A stretch of DNA of 61,456 nt, filler included, from Dugesia japonica (Eukaryota): the NCBI GenBank assembly GCA_001938525.1. It is 6 parts of 6 records of this genome, joined end to end, with 100 filler letters (N's around TTAATTAATTAA, not from the genome) between each part and the next. Parts side by side here need not be neighbours in the genome. Positions count along the whole stretch, not along the records: positions 1 to 14,430 come from MQRL01635290.1; 5 more parts are not named here. One strand, given 5' to 3'. Below the pieces are notes generated by a model that had not been told where the DNA came from, made no database searches, and saw nothing but the letters and a program-made list of their open reading frames with translations. Positions 1-12,817 of this stretch are shown one piece after another. Within the stretch, counting starts at the first letter, position 1; each line of letters opens with the position of its first letter. The translations under genes were made by a program, and so were the position numbers.

Positions 1-3000
1 AAAGGAATCTTTATCAGTGATTCGAAATGTAGTATCATCTCTTTTATTCCCTCAAACAACCGGATAGAAACTCCTATTTCAATCAAGCGATTTCTATTCG
101 CACTTAGCGCAGAATTTAATTNNNNNNNNNNNNNNNNNNNNNNNNNNNNNNNNNNNNNAAAATCGAACTCAATAATTAAATCACTGATTGCTAAAAAACT
201 ACTACCAGATTTTCTCGTGAGATGCAACATAGAATTTGCGAATATTCTAGGAATCAGCAAGTCAACAGCACCTGAAAATCAAGCCGAACTTTCTCAAATA
301 TATTTCAAATCAAATATTATTTCCTCAACGACTTTCTTAGAATTTCAAGTGTTTGAAAAATTTTCCTAATAATAATAANNNNNNNNNNNNNNNNNNNNNN
401 NNNNNNNNNNNNNNNNNNNNNNNNNNNNNNNNNNNNNNNNNNNNNNNNNNNNNNNNNNNNNNNNNNNNNNNNNNNNNNNNNNNNNNNNNNNNNNNNNNNN
501 NNNNNNNNNNNNNNNNNNNNNNNNNNNNNNNNNNNNNNNNNNNNNNNNNNNNNNNNNTGTAAAACATTCTTTAAAAATTCGATTCTATATTTTATCGGTC
601 AATTTTTAAAAGTAATTGTATGATTTGGGAAATATTTGTTTCGATTCTATATTTTATTGGTCAATTTCTAAAATTAAACTGTCTGTATATAATTATATGA
701 TTTGGGAAATATTTGTTTAAAAGAAATTAGTCTTTTTGAAAATGATTTAAATTTCATAATTATTTAATTAATGGATTCTGGTGAAATTGGACTTATTTCT
801 ATTTTATCAGAGAATTTCAAAATTCTTAATTCATCTATGAATAAATTGTTTATAAATAATGGAATTTTATCTTCTCCTTCCGCTTCTTTTTCAAAGGCCA
901 GTTTTAATGAATCTGAATTATTGAAATGTAATCAAAATAATCCAATTCTTGTTCAACTGAAGATTTTTTTACATTGAATACAAGAATTTCAAAGTTGGAA
1001 AAAGATTTCAATAATCCTAAATTGAATTCAATTGGAGATTTTAATTTTATCAATTAAAGAATTTTAAAGTTAGTTAGTTAGAATTTTAACTGCAGTTAGC
1101 TTTATTTGATTCTTTAAAAAGCTCTTCGAATAATAATTTGGTAGATAATAACGCATTAAATAGTTTGGATAATATGCTTAGTAATAAAAATTTGAATTCC
1201 TCTAATAAAGAAATTATTGATACTTATAATTCTTTAAATAATCAATCTTTATTTGAGAATAATGTAAATATTATAAATATTATAAATGTTTGCCATGTAA
1301 AAATAATGTAAATAACTTCTACGATAGTAAAAAATCGAATTTGTACAGTAATAATGATGTTTCTGAAATGAAAAGCATTAATTCAGTAATGCCAATTGCT
1401 GATAATCTCATAATATTTAGTGAGAAATTCAACTTAATTCAACATGATACTCCTATTTTGAATTCTGATTTTAAATCTAACAATAAATTAATATCTAGTG
1501 ATTCGTCATTATCTAATCGTAATTTTTCAATCAAAAACAATGTAAATAATTCATTGCTGTTACCGGCTAAGAATAATTTAGACAGATCAAAAATTTAACA
1601 ATTCTAAATACGAAAATGGTCATACTGAAACAAATAAAGAAAATTCGGCAAGTGATAATGCCCCTATTGTGGTTTCCGACAATTTGCAAATCAGTTTACA
1701 AAACTAATTTGAACAAACGTGGTGTTCGAATTATAAAATCGATGCCTAAATCTTATTATAAACTTGTATTTACAGATTCATCATATGAAGTTACAAATAA
1801 ACTAAACTCCTTCTCACTGAAACTTACTGCTACGGAATGTAAAACACTATTTTCTTACTCTCCGAATATTCTGAGACTTTTAAAAGCAAAATCAAGCTCT
1901 ACAAAATCACAGAAAATAAATCTAGAATTAAGGAAAATTACACCGGAATCTTTCTTCCTAAAGAGTTATAATCTTAATAGACTCTATTTTGAAAAGAACT
2001 CTTTTTACAAAGTTATCAACAAAAATTTGCCATATAAAACAAGCAATAATAAACTTTCAGTACTAAATAAAGCAATCTTTATCACTGATTCTAAATGCGG
2101 TATTATCTCCACAGTTCGTTCAAACAACCGGATAGAAGTACATATCTCATAGTACATATCCCTTAGCACTGACTATAATTCAGTAGCTTCTATCAAAAAT
2201 ATCAAACATAAAACTGAGAGATCAAATGCAATCATTAAATCTCTGATTGCTCAGAAACTACTACCGGATTTTCTCGTGAGATGCAATATAGAATTTATGA
2301 ATGGCAATCTCTACTACACTGATATTCTAGGAATTAGCAAATTGACAGAACTTGTAAAGGAAAATGAAAGCAGATCTAATGAACTTTCTCGTACGAAATT
2401 AACATCTCTATTGTACTCATTTCCATCACTATCGGAACTCATATTTATCGATAACTCTGTTGATAAATGTTGCACAATAAATGAACACATCAAGTACCTA
2501 CAATCAGAGAAAGACTTCCCTAACAATATTTCTTATGACGGCGATAAATTCATAATTAGAGAAGACCAATCATTTATTTCCGGAACATCAACCACTGAAA
2601 ATGTAAGTGANNNNNNNNNNNNNNNNNNNNNNNNNNNNNNNNNNNNNNNNNNNNNNNNNNNNNNNNNNNNNNNNNNNNNNNNNNNNNNNNNNNNNNNNNN
2701 NNNNNNNNNNNNNNNNNNNNNNNNNNNNNNNNNNNNNNNNNNNNNNNNNNNNNNNNNNNNNNNNNNNNNNNATCATTAATTCCACTATCTCTACTAGTTT
2801 TTTCAATGAAATCACTTTGAAAATATCAAATCTTTCAATGGAAACCGATCTTGGAAAATCAATGCCTTCTCAATTAACAGTTACTGAGTCTTCTATGAGC
2901 AGTTTTATATCTAAAATTGAGTTAGTATTTTCTAATTTTAAAACTATTTTTATAAATGATTTTAAAAGTAAAATTGTAAGCTTTAATGATAATTTAAGTG

Positions 3001-4143
3001 TTTCATTGATAAATTGCTCTTTATTTATAATTCAACTCAACCATATGTTGATAATTTTTCTTCAAATAATGATTCTATAAATTTTACTAAAACCTCTAAT
3101 TGTTCTTGTAAAACTATAAATAGAGAAATTTCAATTATTTCCAATTCAAATATTGTTAGTAATTTGCCTGTTTTTAATAAATCAATAATTGAAATTTCAA
3201 AATAATTGTAATAATTCTGTTAAATATTATAATGAAAATTCTGGTTCAACAAATTTTAATTGCGATTTAAAAATCAAAGAGAAAGTTAATTCAAATAATC
3301 TTGATTCTAAATTTGAAAATAATAAAATAACTGAAANNNNNNNNNNNNNNNNNNNNNNNNNNNNNNNNNNNNNNCAGAAAATAAAGCAATAAACGTTAAT
3401 CAGAATTCTGAAAATTTTAAAAACTTTTCTGTCAATATTTAAAATTCTCAAACAAACTGTGAATTAGAATTATTACTAAAAATGAAAAAAGAAAATTATT
3501 TGAAATTTTCACAAAATTATCTTCATTAATAAAAGTTAATGAAGATTTCAAGAAATATTATTCTATTAATACCGAACTGAATGAAATTGAATCTAGTGAA
3601 AACCCTCTGAATATTGATGGTTTTATAAACTTCTTCTATAGGAACAAAAATATTTGCATTAAGATTAATTTACAAAATAAAAATGATCAGTTTAAAATGG
3701 CTTCTCAAACTGCTGTTTTATATAATAAAATTCATTTAATGGAATCAAATATATGTGATCTTACTTATGAAAATGAGGTATTTGTCCCTGTTCCTATGTC
3801 GATTAAAAAATTCTTATTCTGCTGTTGTAACGACTTCTCTTCGTCTATTTCACTTTCTAACGATGTTAACAGAGAGAACAAAATAAACAAGATTATTAAT
3901 TCCCTCAAGCTTTCTAAAAAACTTCCGGACTATTTAGTTAGATCACAATTAAAATACGAAAAAGGAAATTTTTTATTTCTGGATTCTTTTAGTATGACAG
4001 AATCGTCACTGACATTGGCGAAAAATGACAACGCAANNNNNNNNNNNNNNNNNNNNNNNNNNNNNNNNNTAAATAATATCTACAAAAAATATCCAATTAT
4101 TAAAGAAACTATGGAGAAATGTCTATTTTTAGCCTCTCAATGA
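1..4143 (+). pseudogene. Fragmented N/S-rich coding region with a repeated ~120-aa unknown domain, probably the upstream part of the non-LTR element
   Basis: Consecutive + strand ORF fragments. Recurring motif IKSLIAxKLLPDFLVRCNIEF (~175, ~2235) and INSLKLSKKLPDYLVRSQLKY (~3895). Confidence 0.5.
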
Positions 4144-4299
4144 TACCGTTGTTACTCACCGAAATGAAAGAAAAATGTGTAATGGCTAAATCAAATTTCA
4201 AAGTTAATTCCACTCAAAAATGTTCGATAACTGAAATTATGAAATTACTACTCTTGCCAATGAGAATAACAAAAGAACTTGCAATAATTGTGGTGATCA

Positions 4300-5440
4300 A
4301 AGTCTTATTGATAAAGCAGTCGAAACGCCAAAATTATTGGTTTTGAATATCGTCCTGGGAAATGTGCGCTTATCCAACTGCCGTTCGATACTGATAACAA
4401 CAAAATTTGTTTCCAATGAAAATATCAGAGCTCATAACTTCTGAATTCTTGGCGTTTAAGTAGGTGAAAATAATGACCAAAGCCCATATGAAATTATAGA
4501 AAACGTCATTACCGATGCAAAAAAACTAGCAAATTTCTATCTTTTATAACTCTATTGAAAATGGAGGAGCTGATTGTGTTGATCTCCTTGATGATTATCA
4601 CTGTCAAATAATCGTTTAATATTTTCATCTTTTTACCACAAAGTGCAATTACACCAGACAAGTCATTATAGCTTCTTTATGTCTCAAGACTAATATTTCG
4701 ATTTCGCACACGTAAAATTAAAACTTCGTGATCACGCACTTGGTGATCCAAAAGAAAATTTAAAAAATAATGGCAATAATTGTAATAAATTCAGGAGCCA
4801 ACTTAGAATTTCCAACCTCTCCGTAAAGTCAGAAACATTTTACTTTTATAACTCTATTGAAAATGGAGAAGCTGGTTGTGTTGATCTCCTTGATGATTAT
4901 CACTGCCAAATAATCATTCAATCGTTCAATATTTTCATCTTTTGCCCACAAAGTTCAATTACAACAGACAAGTCATTATAGATTCTTAATGCCTCGTTGC
5001 GAGAATTAGAATTAGATCTGCTTCGCTAATGGAAAGTCTTCAATTAATGGTAAAGAATCAATCAATAATCCTGAATCTGAAAAGACTAATTTCCAACGTC
5101 CACGAACATCAATTGATTATTTCCATAGAAATCATAACGTTAAGATCCTCTTTGACATAATGAATAAACAGCCAGTTTTGCATATCTCAACAAATATCCG
5201 AGGAACTTACATTATCACGTCTAAGTATCGTAATGAAGTCTCAAAAGTCCTTCACAATTCCATTGCCGGCGCTTATCTAGAAAAGTGGGAAAAGAGCTGT
5301 TACTCTAGTTTTCTCAATAAAAGCTAGTTCGATTATAAACAAAATAATCTTCAAAAGTCAACTTGATGAACTTGAATGGAACTTTATTCATCAAGCACGA
5401 ACAAATAGTCTGGCAATTCGCGCACGACCATTCAACTCAA
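4300..5440 (+). pseudogene. Degenerate non-LTR retrotransposon RT C-terminal region, NeSL/Utopia/R2-like
   Basis: Manual translation gives IGFEYRPGKCA (~4335, RT GLxFNPxKC-like), ILGV (YLG-like), FYNSIENGGADCVDLLDDYHCQII (~4543, duplicated ~4845) and EWNFIHQARTNSL (~5374, matches the WxFIHxARLN motif of early-branching RLE elements). Many stops and frameshifts. Confidence 0.75.
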
Positions 5441-7009
5441 AATTTGAGGATCGTTTACAAACAGAGATATAATTTTGGTGTCCATAATGCTTATAAACCC
5501 TATAAATCTATTGAAAGAATAATCCATTAGTCACAGTAATACACCAGGTAAACCAATAATTTCATTAATTTAATGAAATATTAAGATAATGCTAGCAGTA
5601 TAGAATCTAGTATTTTGACAGAGTGCTCATTAAATTCAATCTATTCATGCAAATTATTTGATTTATTATTACTATTATCGCATTAATTTAAAATATTTAT
5701 TTTTAGACTGCAAATGTCATTCAGCCGTAATCAACAAAAAGATGTGATTATATGTTTAATTTATGTTATTTTAGTATTTTGTGTAAAGATTTGTAATTTT
5801 ATAATGGAAATAGTATTAATAATGAAATTTGACTTAAGTTTATAATTTTACTTAAATTTAAGTCTTTTCTATTAATTTTGAAAGTTTTACTACTAATTTG
5901 TAGTGTTAGTTTGCAATAGTGTTCAATTTAATCAATAAAATAGGAAATGTGTTTCAATTGTCAGTAAAAATTACTTTAAAATTTTATTATACAAGTAATA
6001 ATTTTTCATTCATAAAGCACTTTGCTTTATATTGATCGCTATTAGATATAAACCTATGACCAATAGGCGATAGAATTAATAATCCTCTACTTATTATAAC
6101 GGAAACGAAGTTACAACTCACGGATAAATCAAAATCAAATTTATCAAGTGAAAAACAGAAAAAAACACTCAACGAAAAAAAATCGATGAGCTAATAGCAC
6201 ATGCAACTAATTTTGTTTCAGGCAAGATAATCAGCATGATCTTAAAAAAACATTCCTAACTTAAAACAACAATCTATGAATCACAAACCGTATCTTGGTA
6301 AAAAAAAATATGAACAAAATCGAACTGACAAATATAAACTAAGATCTGAGTTCTCAAATAAAACGCACAATCAACAAAATGCTGAATGATAACAAAATAT
6401 ATCCTAAAATCGAAGATATCATTAATCATTCCAGTAATGACTATAATAATAGTAATGACCCTTTTATTAAAATTAAGGATAATTTAAAGGTTTCTTTTTC
6501 TGATAAATGAAATTCAAGAAATGTAACTGTTATTCTAAATAAATTAAGTTTTAATAATAATAAATACAGTAATAAATATAATTCCAATCCATTCACGAGT
6601 AAACGTGTATTTTTTATTTCAATTTTACGATTTCAGTTTCTAGATGAAATGCACTGGCAGGCATAGAGTTCGAAATTACCACAAAGACGAAGTAGAAGAT
6701 ATAATCGAAAACGTGGCTTTTGATGATGATATGGTCGAACAAGTACTAGCTAGTACATTTAATACACCAAGAAAAAATGAATATTTAAATATTANGTTGA
6801 CCAAAAGGTTTTGCATCACATCATATTGTCGATTTTTTTATTGATTTTTTTATGTTTAGCATATTTTATAGGTAATTTTTTCGTTGTTGTAGATTCTCGT
6901 TAATTGCTAAAACTTTAAATGGTACTTGACAAAAAGGAACCTAGAGTCCTGATGCGATATTGTTGGAAGACACGCTACAAGGAGAGAGAACTGTGAACAA
7001 ATCAAATGT

Positions 7010-7395
7010 TTCCAGTTTATATAATAAAATTCACTTAATAGAATCAAATATATCTGATCTTAATGATGAAAATGAGGTATTTGTCCCTGTTAAATTGTCG
7101 ATTAAAAAGTTCTTATTTTGCTTTTGTAAAGATTGCTCTTCAACTATTTCACTTATTAAAAATTTTAATAGAGAATAAAATAAACAAAATTATTTATTCC
7201 CTCAAGCTTTCTTAAAAACTTCCAGACTATTTAGTTAGATCGAAACTCAAATGCTAGAAAGGAAATTTTTTAGTTCTGGATTTTTTTAGTAAGACAGAAT
7301 CGTCACCGATATTGTCGCAATATAACGCAATGATGAATAAATTTAAATTATCACGAGCCAAAGTAAATAATATTTACAAACAATAACCAATTATT
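7010..7395 (+). repeat. Diverged duplicate of 3715-4105 (unknown domain), now with stops
   Basis: Direct similarity: tttatataataaaattca...gaaaatgaggtatttgtccctgtt...ccctcaagctttc...gactatttagttagatc is present in both. Confidence 0.9.
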
Positions 7396-7870
7396 ATTAT
7401 TTATCGTTTGTTTGAGATATTCCAGACACAAGTATTATCAAAACATGTTATTATCAAATTTAAAATCATTAACACCAGTAAAATAACTACATCGTTTTTC
7501 TGCCGGCTATAGTGTAAATTACGAACCATAAAATATTTTGTTGAGTAGAATTACCAAACATTAATTTGAGATTAATGACTGATAAAATTGGAAAAGATTA
7601 GCAAGATGAAGTTCAAAAGTAATAAAATTGTTGAGAAAACATACAAGATCACATACGATAAAATATAGCATCATAATACAGTACATAACCAAACACCCAT
7701 GACACATAATATATTCATCAATCTACGAGCTATCAATATCAAGTCAAGCCAAAGAAAAAGTTCATGAATATATGATAATCAATATCTGATTCGATCAATT
7801 GTGAATATTACATTACATTTTTGAGAAATATTGACATTTTATTATTGGCATGTATATATTCCTTTTATTA

Positions 7871-8020
7871 TTATGCATAATTTTATTTTTTATTAAATTA
7901 ATAATCACCATGTATTTTATTGTTATGCATAATTTTATTTTTATTAAATTAATAATCACCATGTATTTTATTATTATCCATAATTTTATTTTTACTAAAT
8001 CAATAATTAACATGCATATA
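7871..8020. repeat. Tandem repeat, ~51-bp unit x3
   Basis: Unit ttatgcataattttatttttattaaattaataatcaccatgtattttatt seen three times, the third diverged. Confidence 0.85.
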
Positions 8021-10295
8021 TTTCTTTTATTACAAAATTGAAAACTACGAAAATTTAAAATAAACAATCAAAATTTGTTTCCAAAATAAACATTTAAATC
8101 ATTTTAATAAATAAATAAAAGAAATTTTTTTTGTAATTCTGTATATTTTTATTTAATTTAATTTTTATTTATTTTATCCTAATGGAATTTTATTTATTTT
8201 AACGATATGCATGTACATACAATTTTAGTATAAATAGAGAGTGGTTTCTCATTCAAAATTTAATCTCAAGTAGAGTCAAGGTTTACTGGAACAAACACTC
8301 GAGATAAAAATCATAACGTGTATTTGGATTTTAACTATATAATACAATTCTTATGTGTAATTTTGAATAAATAAACCTTTAGAGGTAAAGTTTCTTANNN
8401 NNNNNNNNNNNNNNNNNNNNNNNNNNNNNNNNNNNNNNNNNNNNNNNNNNNNNNNNNNNNNNNNNNNNNNNNNNNNNNNNNNNNNNNNNNNNNNNNNNNN
8501 NNNNNNNNNNNNNNNNNNNNNNNNNNNNNNNNNNNNNNNNNNNNNNNNNNNNNNNNNNNNNNNNNNNNNNNNNNNNNNNNNNNNNNNNNNNNNNNNNNNN
8601 NNNNNNNNNNAACGAAAGATGATAAAATATGGATACCAGAGAATAGGAGAGTTAAATTTTATTAAAAGAAAAACTCATTTTATTTGGTGTCATGCAGTAT
8701 GTGGAAAAATGAGATTATATATTAAAAATAATTTTGTAATTACAAATTTTTAAATTTGTAGTAAATAGTAACAGTAACCCTTTTCAAATCGAACATGGTT
8801 TCTTATTGATTGTTACTGTGTATTCCTTAAAGTAAACATGGGAAATCCTCTCGTATTTATACAGCGTAAAAGTGATGAAAAATTGAGTGCTGGTAAGTTA
8901 ATAATAAGTTTGATATTCTGTTTTATGAAATAGAACTTTGATTATTTTAGACCAGAGACATTAAATCGGCATCCATGACAGGCCACATAATTTGAAAAAT
9001 AATTAGTGTTGGGCTGGAACACATTCAGGAATGGAAGTTGTAGTCCCGAAAAGTTTGAAAATAAACGAGGAAAATATAGACAATAGAGGGCAAAGTAGAT
9101 GTGCTGGACCAGAAAAATGGATTATTATATGCGAAATTATCAGTATTATTATGTAATTATTATTAGTATAATTATTATACAATTAGTTGTTAAAATATCA
9201 AAAATCGAAAATCGGGCGTAGAGGACCCACCTTTCATCATGCAGGAATAGAATTTACATGAGCTGAAAGGGAATAAAAAATTAAATAATAAAAATAATCT
9301 ACAATAATATAATAATATATTAGAATGGCCTCTATGGCCCGTTTTATTTATTATAAATAACGCTGATTAGCGTTTAATATTATTATAGAATTAATTAATT
9401 TGGTCCAGTCCTCTTTTTGCCTTGTCTGAATCTGATGATAGCAGTAATAAATAAACAAAGCAACTGATTATTCACCAGAAGTTCAGACAAAGACTTCGCC
9501 TAGAAACAAACGGATGCATCAGATGTCACATGAGGTGACGACTGAAATTTACCAAAGTTCAAAAGTCCGAGTTCATGTGCAATTAACACTGATATGCGCA
9601 CACTGAATCCAGACCAAGGGGAACCAATCAGTAGGTCGGGAGAGCGAAAATCACAATTTCATTAGCCAACTAATTGAGGGCAAAATAATCTCTTACTACC
9701 ACAGGGAATAAAAAGAGATGAGAAGAAAGAAAAACACTTCTTGAGAATAAANTTTTAAAATTCTAAAAAAACCTAAATTTTGATAAGTAAATAAATCAAT
9801 TGGAAAAGGAAACGCCAACTCAACCAAAGTAAAAATTATATTTATTGTTTTCTCTTGTGTTTAATTATAACATTCGAGTGCCATTCTCAGAAGTTGTCTC
9901 CACCTGAATGACCGGGCTCTTAACGGGAAAAAATGTATGAACAAGATTTAGGTTGGGAAATAACGTTTAATTCAATTTGTGCGAGATAAGAGAAAACGAT
10001 ATGAAGATAATGAGACTAGTTGACATGAGATATGCGAATGTGAAGTTATATGTGAATACGAGAGGTATATGAGCCGAAAGGAAGTCAATATGTTGAAAGT
10101 GAAAAGGAAGGAATGATGAGGATAGTTGATTTTGGTAAAATTAATCGGAAATTATGTTAATGTTCGAAAGAGGAACAGTGGGAGAGCTCGGTCAGTCATG
10201 TGGAGGGGATCAGTAAATTTGAATTTCAATATATCTGAATTNNTATGCAGTTGGGTAATCATGACTCTGCAGGTTTTCTGAATTTTGTTTTATTC

Positions 10296-10562
10296 TTTTC
10301 GTTATAGTTAATTTTTTTTTATGAAACTTTATTAATATCCATGTTAAGTATTATTTGTTTTGAATTATAAATAAATCAATTTAATTTGCAGTGGATTATA
10401 TATTTTAATCAATTTAATATTTAAACTATATTTTTTCGTTATAGTTAATTTTTCAAGTATGAAATTTTATTAATATCCATGTCAAGTATTAGTTGTTTTG
10501 AATTATAAATAAATCAATTTAATTTGCAGTGGATTATATATTTTAATCAATTTAATATTTAA
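10296..10562. repeat. Tandem ~135-bp duplication inside the element
   Basis: ttttcgttatagttaatttt...gcagtggattatatattttaatcaatttaatatttaa occurs twice. Confidence 0.9.
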
Positions 10563-10866
10563 TTTTTTGAAANTTTTGTAACTAAATATTATCACTGATA
10601 AGTGAGTCAATATCATTATGAAACGAGATATGTTACACTATTCCTATAGGGAGAAAAGTCAAGGTAAATATTAGGGAAGTCTTAATAGAGCTTGACAATG
10701 ACGTGGACGAGAGAAGATGCTTGCAAATAGTGATCACCTTCTCTGGTTCGCATTATGAAGCGATGGAGAAATAATGATAGGCCATAGGCTGAAGAATCGT
10801 CAATTAACTTTTATAATAATGCATTAATTTATGAGTATGAATGAAATTAATTGCTATTGATTATAG

Positions 10867-11289
10867 ACGCAGGAATCGAAACAAGAGGAGAACAGTGGTG
10901 AACATAACGAGGATTCGGGTGCATACATAGACGAGGTCGGGTACTTTTATGTAGAATGGTCAGAGATTCAACGGATGCTGAAGCATGAAAGGGAAGAGTG
11001 GCGGATAGAAGTCGCAAATGTGCAGGCAGATCTAGAAACTGCCCAGTTACAACTGGTGATCAAAGGCACAAACTACTTGTTGAACAATTTCCAAAGGAAA
11101 TGCGACCATGAGATGGCTGGGAAGGAGACCTCGGTGATGCCTGATTCTTCTNCAGAATGTCCCTTGAAAATCACCGATGTGCGGNCATTGGCGGNATCGG
11201 CAGAGAACGAGGTGGAGGAGGAAGAAGCACGCATAATTCGACAGTTATTGGAACTAAGAGAAATCGATCCAATACGATTGGACGTATAA
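10867..11289 (+). CDS. Putative terminal exon, small acidic coiled-coil protein of unknown function
   Basis: The frame is open from the acceptor-like ttatag| (10866): TQESKQEENSGEH...MLKHEREEWRIEVANVQADLETAQLQL...DV*. GC-richer than flanks. Confidence 0.5.
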   Translation, partial: TQESKQEENSGEHNEDSGAYIDEVGYFYVEWSEIQRMLKHEREEWRIEVANVQADLETAQLQLVIKGTNYLLNNFQRKCDHEMAGKETSVMPDSSXECPLKITDVRXLAXSAENEVEEEEARIIRQLLELREIDPIRLDV

Positions 11290-11506
11290 AATATATGTAT
11301 ATCGGAAAGAGAGAAATTGTTTTGTTATTGAATGTAGAAAATGTGATATGTATGTCAGTAGTTTATAAGATTTGATTTATGATTATCGTAAAGATCCGCA
11401 GGGGCGGCGTGTATTAAGTATTTATTACTTAAGATGTTAAGATTCTAACAGTTCTCTTGTTTAAAATATAAATCATTTTAATTGTGGCCAATTTGAATCA
11501 CTTCAG

Positions 11507-11832
11507 TGTCAAAAACCATCGACGAATTGGGAAAAAGCAGGGAGTTAGTTGGAGAAAAGAAAAGATGGGCCGAGGAACGGCGTGAAATGCGAAACGAGAT
11601 ATTACGACTGAAGGGACAAGTCATAAAGGTCACCGAAAAGTTTAATCAGATAAGAGAAAGGAATTGTCTCTTCAGCACGCCAATCACCTCAATCATGGCT
11701 GAAGTGATAAAAACCTATGCCGATCGGGAGAGTTCGATGTTCCCATTCTTACGAACCTTATGGCTGAATTATCGAGAATCTCCGCCATCAACCAAAGCCA
11801 TGAACTCGACCGTGGATTTAAACGCTGATTGA
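11507..11832 (+). CDS. Putative terminal exon, ~108-aa coiled-coil protein of unknown function
   Basis: ttcag|TG acceptor, open frame and downstream AATAAA (~11850). A protein-level conserved homolog lies at 18340-18680 (NEILRLKG, VIKTYADRE, LRT, LNYR). Confidence 0.6.
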
Positions 11833-12547
11833 GAGCAATTTAATGGGGTAAATAAATGTGTTTAATTGTGAATGGAACGTATTCTTATTTCGTCTGTTCA
11901 CCCAATGTTAGTTGGTAACGAAGGAAACTTTTTTTTATAAGATATTTTTATACTGTGCAGAAAGAGATTTTTTACTTTTGGGTTCATTGATTCAGTAAAT
12001 AAGACGCGATACAGCAAAGTCGCGCTGAACCTGGGGAAAGAGAGGGGCACGTCAAAGAGGTGACGTAAACGCTTGTGATTTTTAGGTTGCCCCTAGATTA
12101 TGTGACTTGTTAAAAGTGAGAGTGGTATCAGTCGGAGATGATTTAAATTACAAAATAAAAATCCTAAAAATCCAACATTAGTAAATTTTGTTAGAAATTG
12201 GAATAGGTACAAATAAAATAAAAGGGAGTCAATCGTTAAACAAGGAACAAAATTAATGAATCTTCCCTAACTCTGACAATGTAAATAACAAACGATTAAT
12301 TTATTGGGTATTTTGTGATAAATTAAGATTTGCCAAAAGCAATCGTCCTAAAAAAATATAAGCAGAAAGGAAATTGTTCTGCAGATTTAGTCTATCATCT
12401 GTCATCTTACAGATCNCTTGGATATAAAAATCCAAAAATGATTCAACAACAGGTTTGAAAGTAAATACAAACCATGTTCACATACCATCAAAAAGTCAGT
12501 TGACAAATACTAACAACTTATCCAATATTACTAATACGGCAAACAAG

Positions 12548-12578
<31 letters not shown>

Positions 12579-12817
12579 CGAATAAATATTCGCATAAGCC
12601 TAGGAATAATATTAATTTTGATTTTCTTGATATAAATAATTTAAATTTAGATACTTTGTGTAAAAATAATGTAAATAATCAAGAATCTTTACCTATTTAT
12701 TATTCCATCTAGTTATAATAAATTACAATTTAATCTAAATAAACCTGCTAAAGATATTGTGCAAAAATAAATTAATAAGTAGTCAATTCTTCTATAACTC
12801 CCGTTATTAGTGATGAT

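Larger units (their letters stand above)
9007..12177 (+). mobile_element. 3.17-kb TG...CA element (giant solo-LTR-like or non-autonomous integrase-type element) with 4-bp TSD and internal ORF cassettes
   Basis: Starts TGTTGG (9007) and ends CCAACA (12177), flanked by TTAG at 9003-9006 and 12178-12181. The right ~700 bp are homologous to 18340-19015, and that homology ends at the same CCAACA. Confidence 0.75.

Noticed and set aside
337-567. ORFs composed mostly of X (also 2588-2815, 28362-28721, 54695-54986)
   Set aside because: Read-through of N gaps.
7813-8067. ORFs 7813-8067(-) and 7850-8041(+)
   Set aside because: By-products of the 51-bp tandem repeat.
12046-12100. Twister ribozyme on the minus strand (CCTAA...CACAAGC)
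   Set aside because: The pseudoknot-forming segments of the twister consensus could not be placed.
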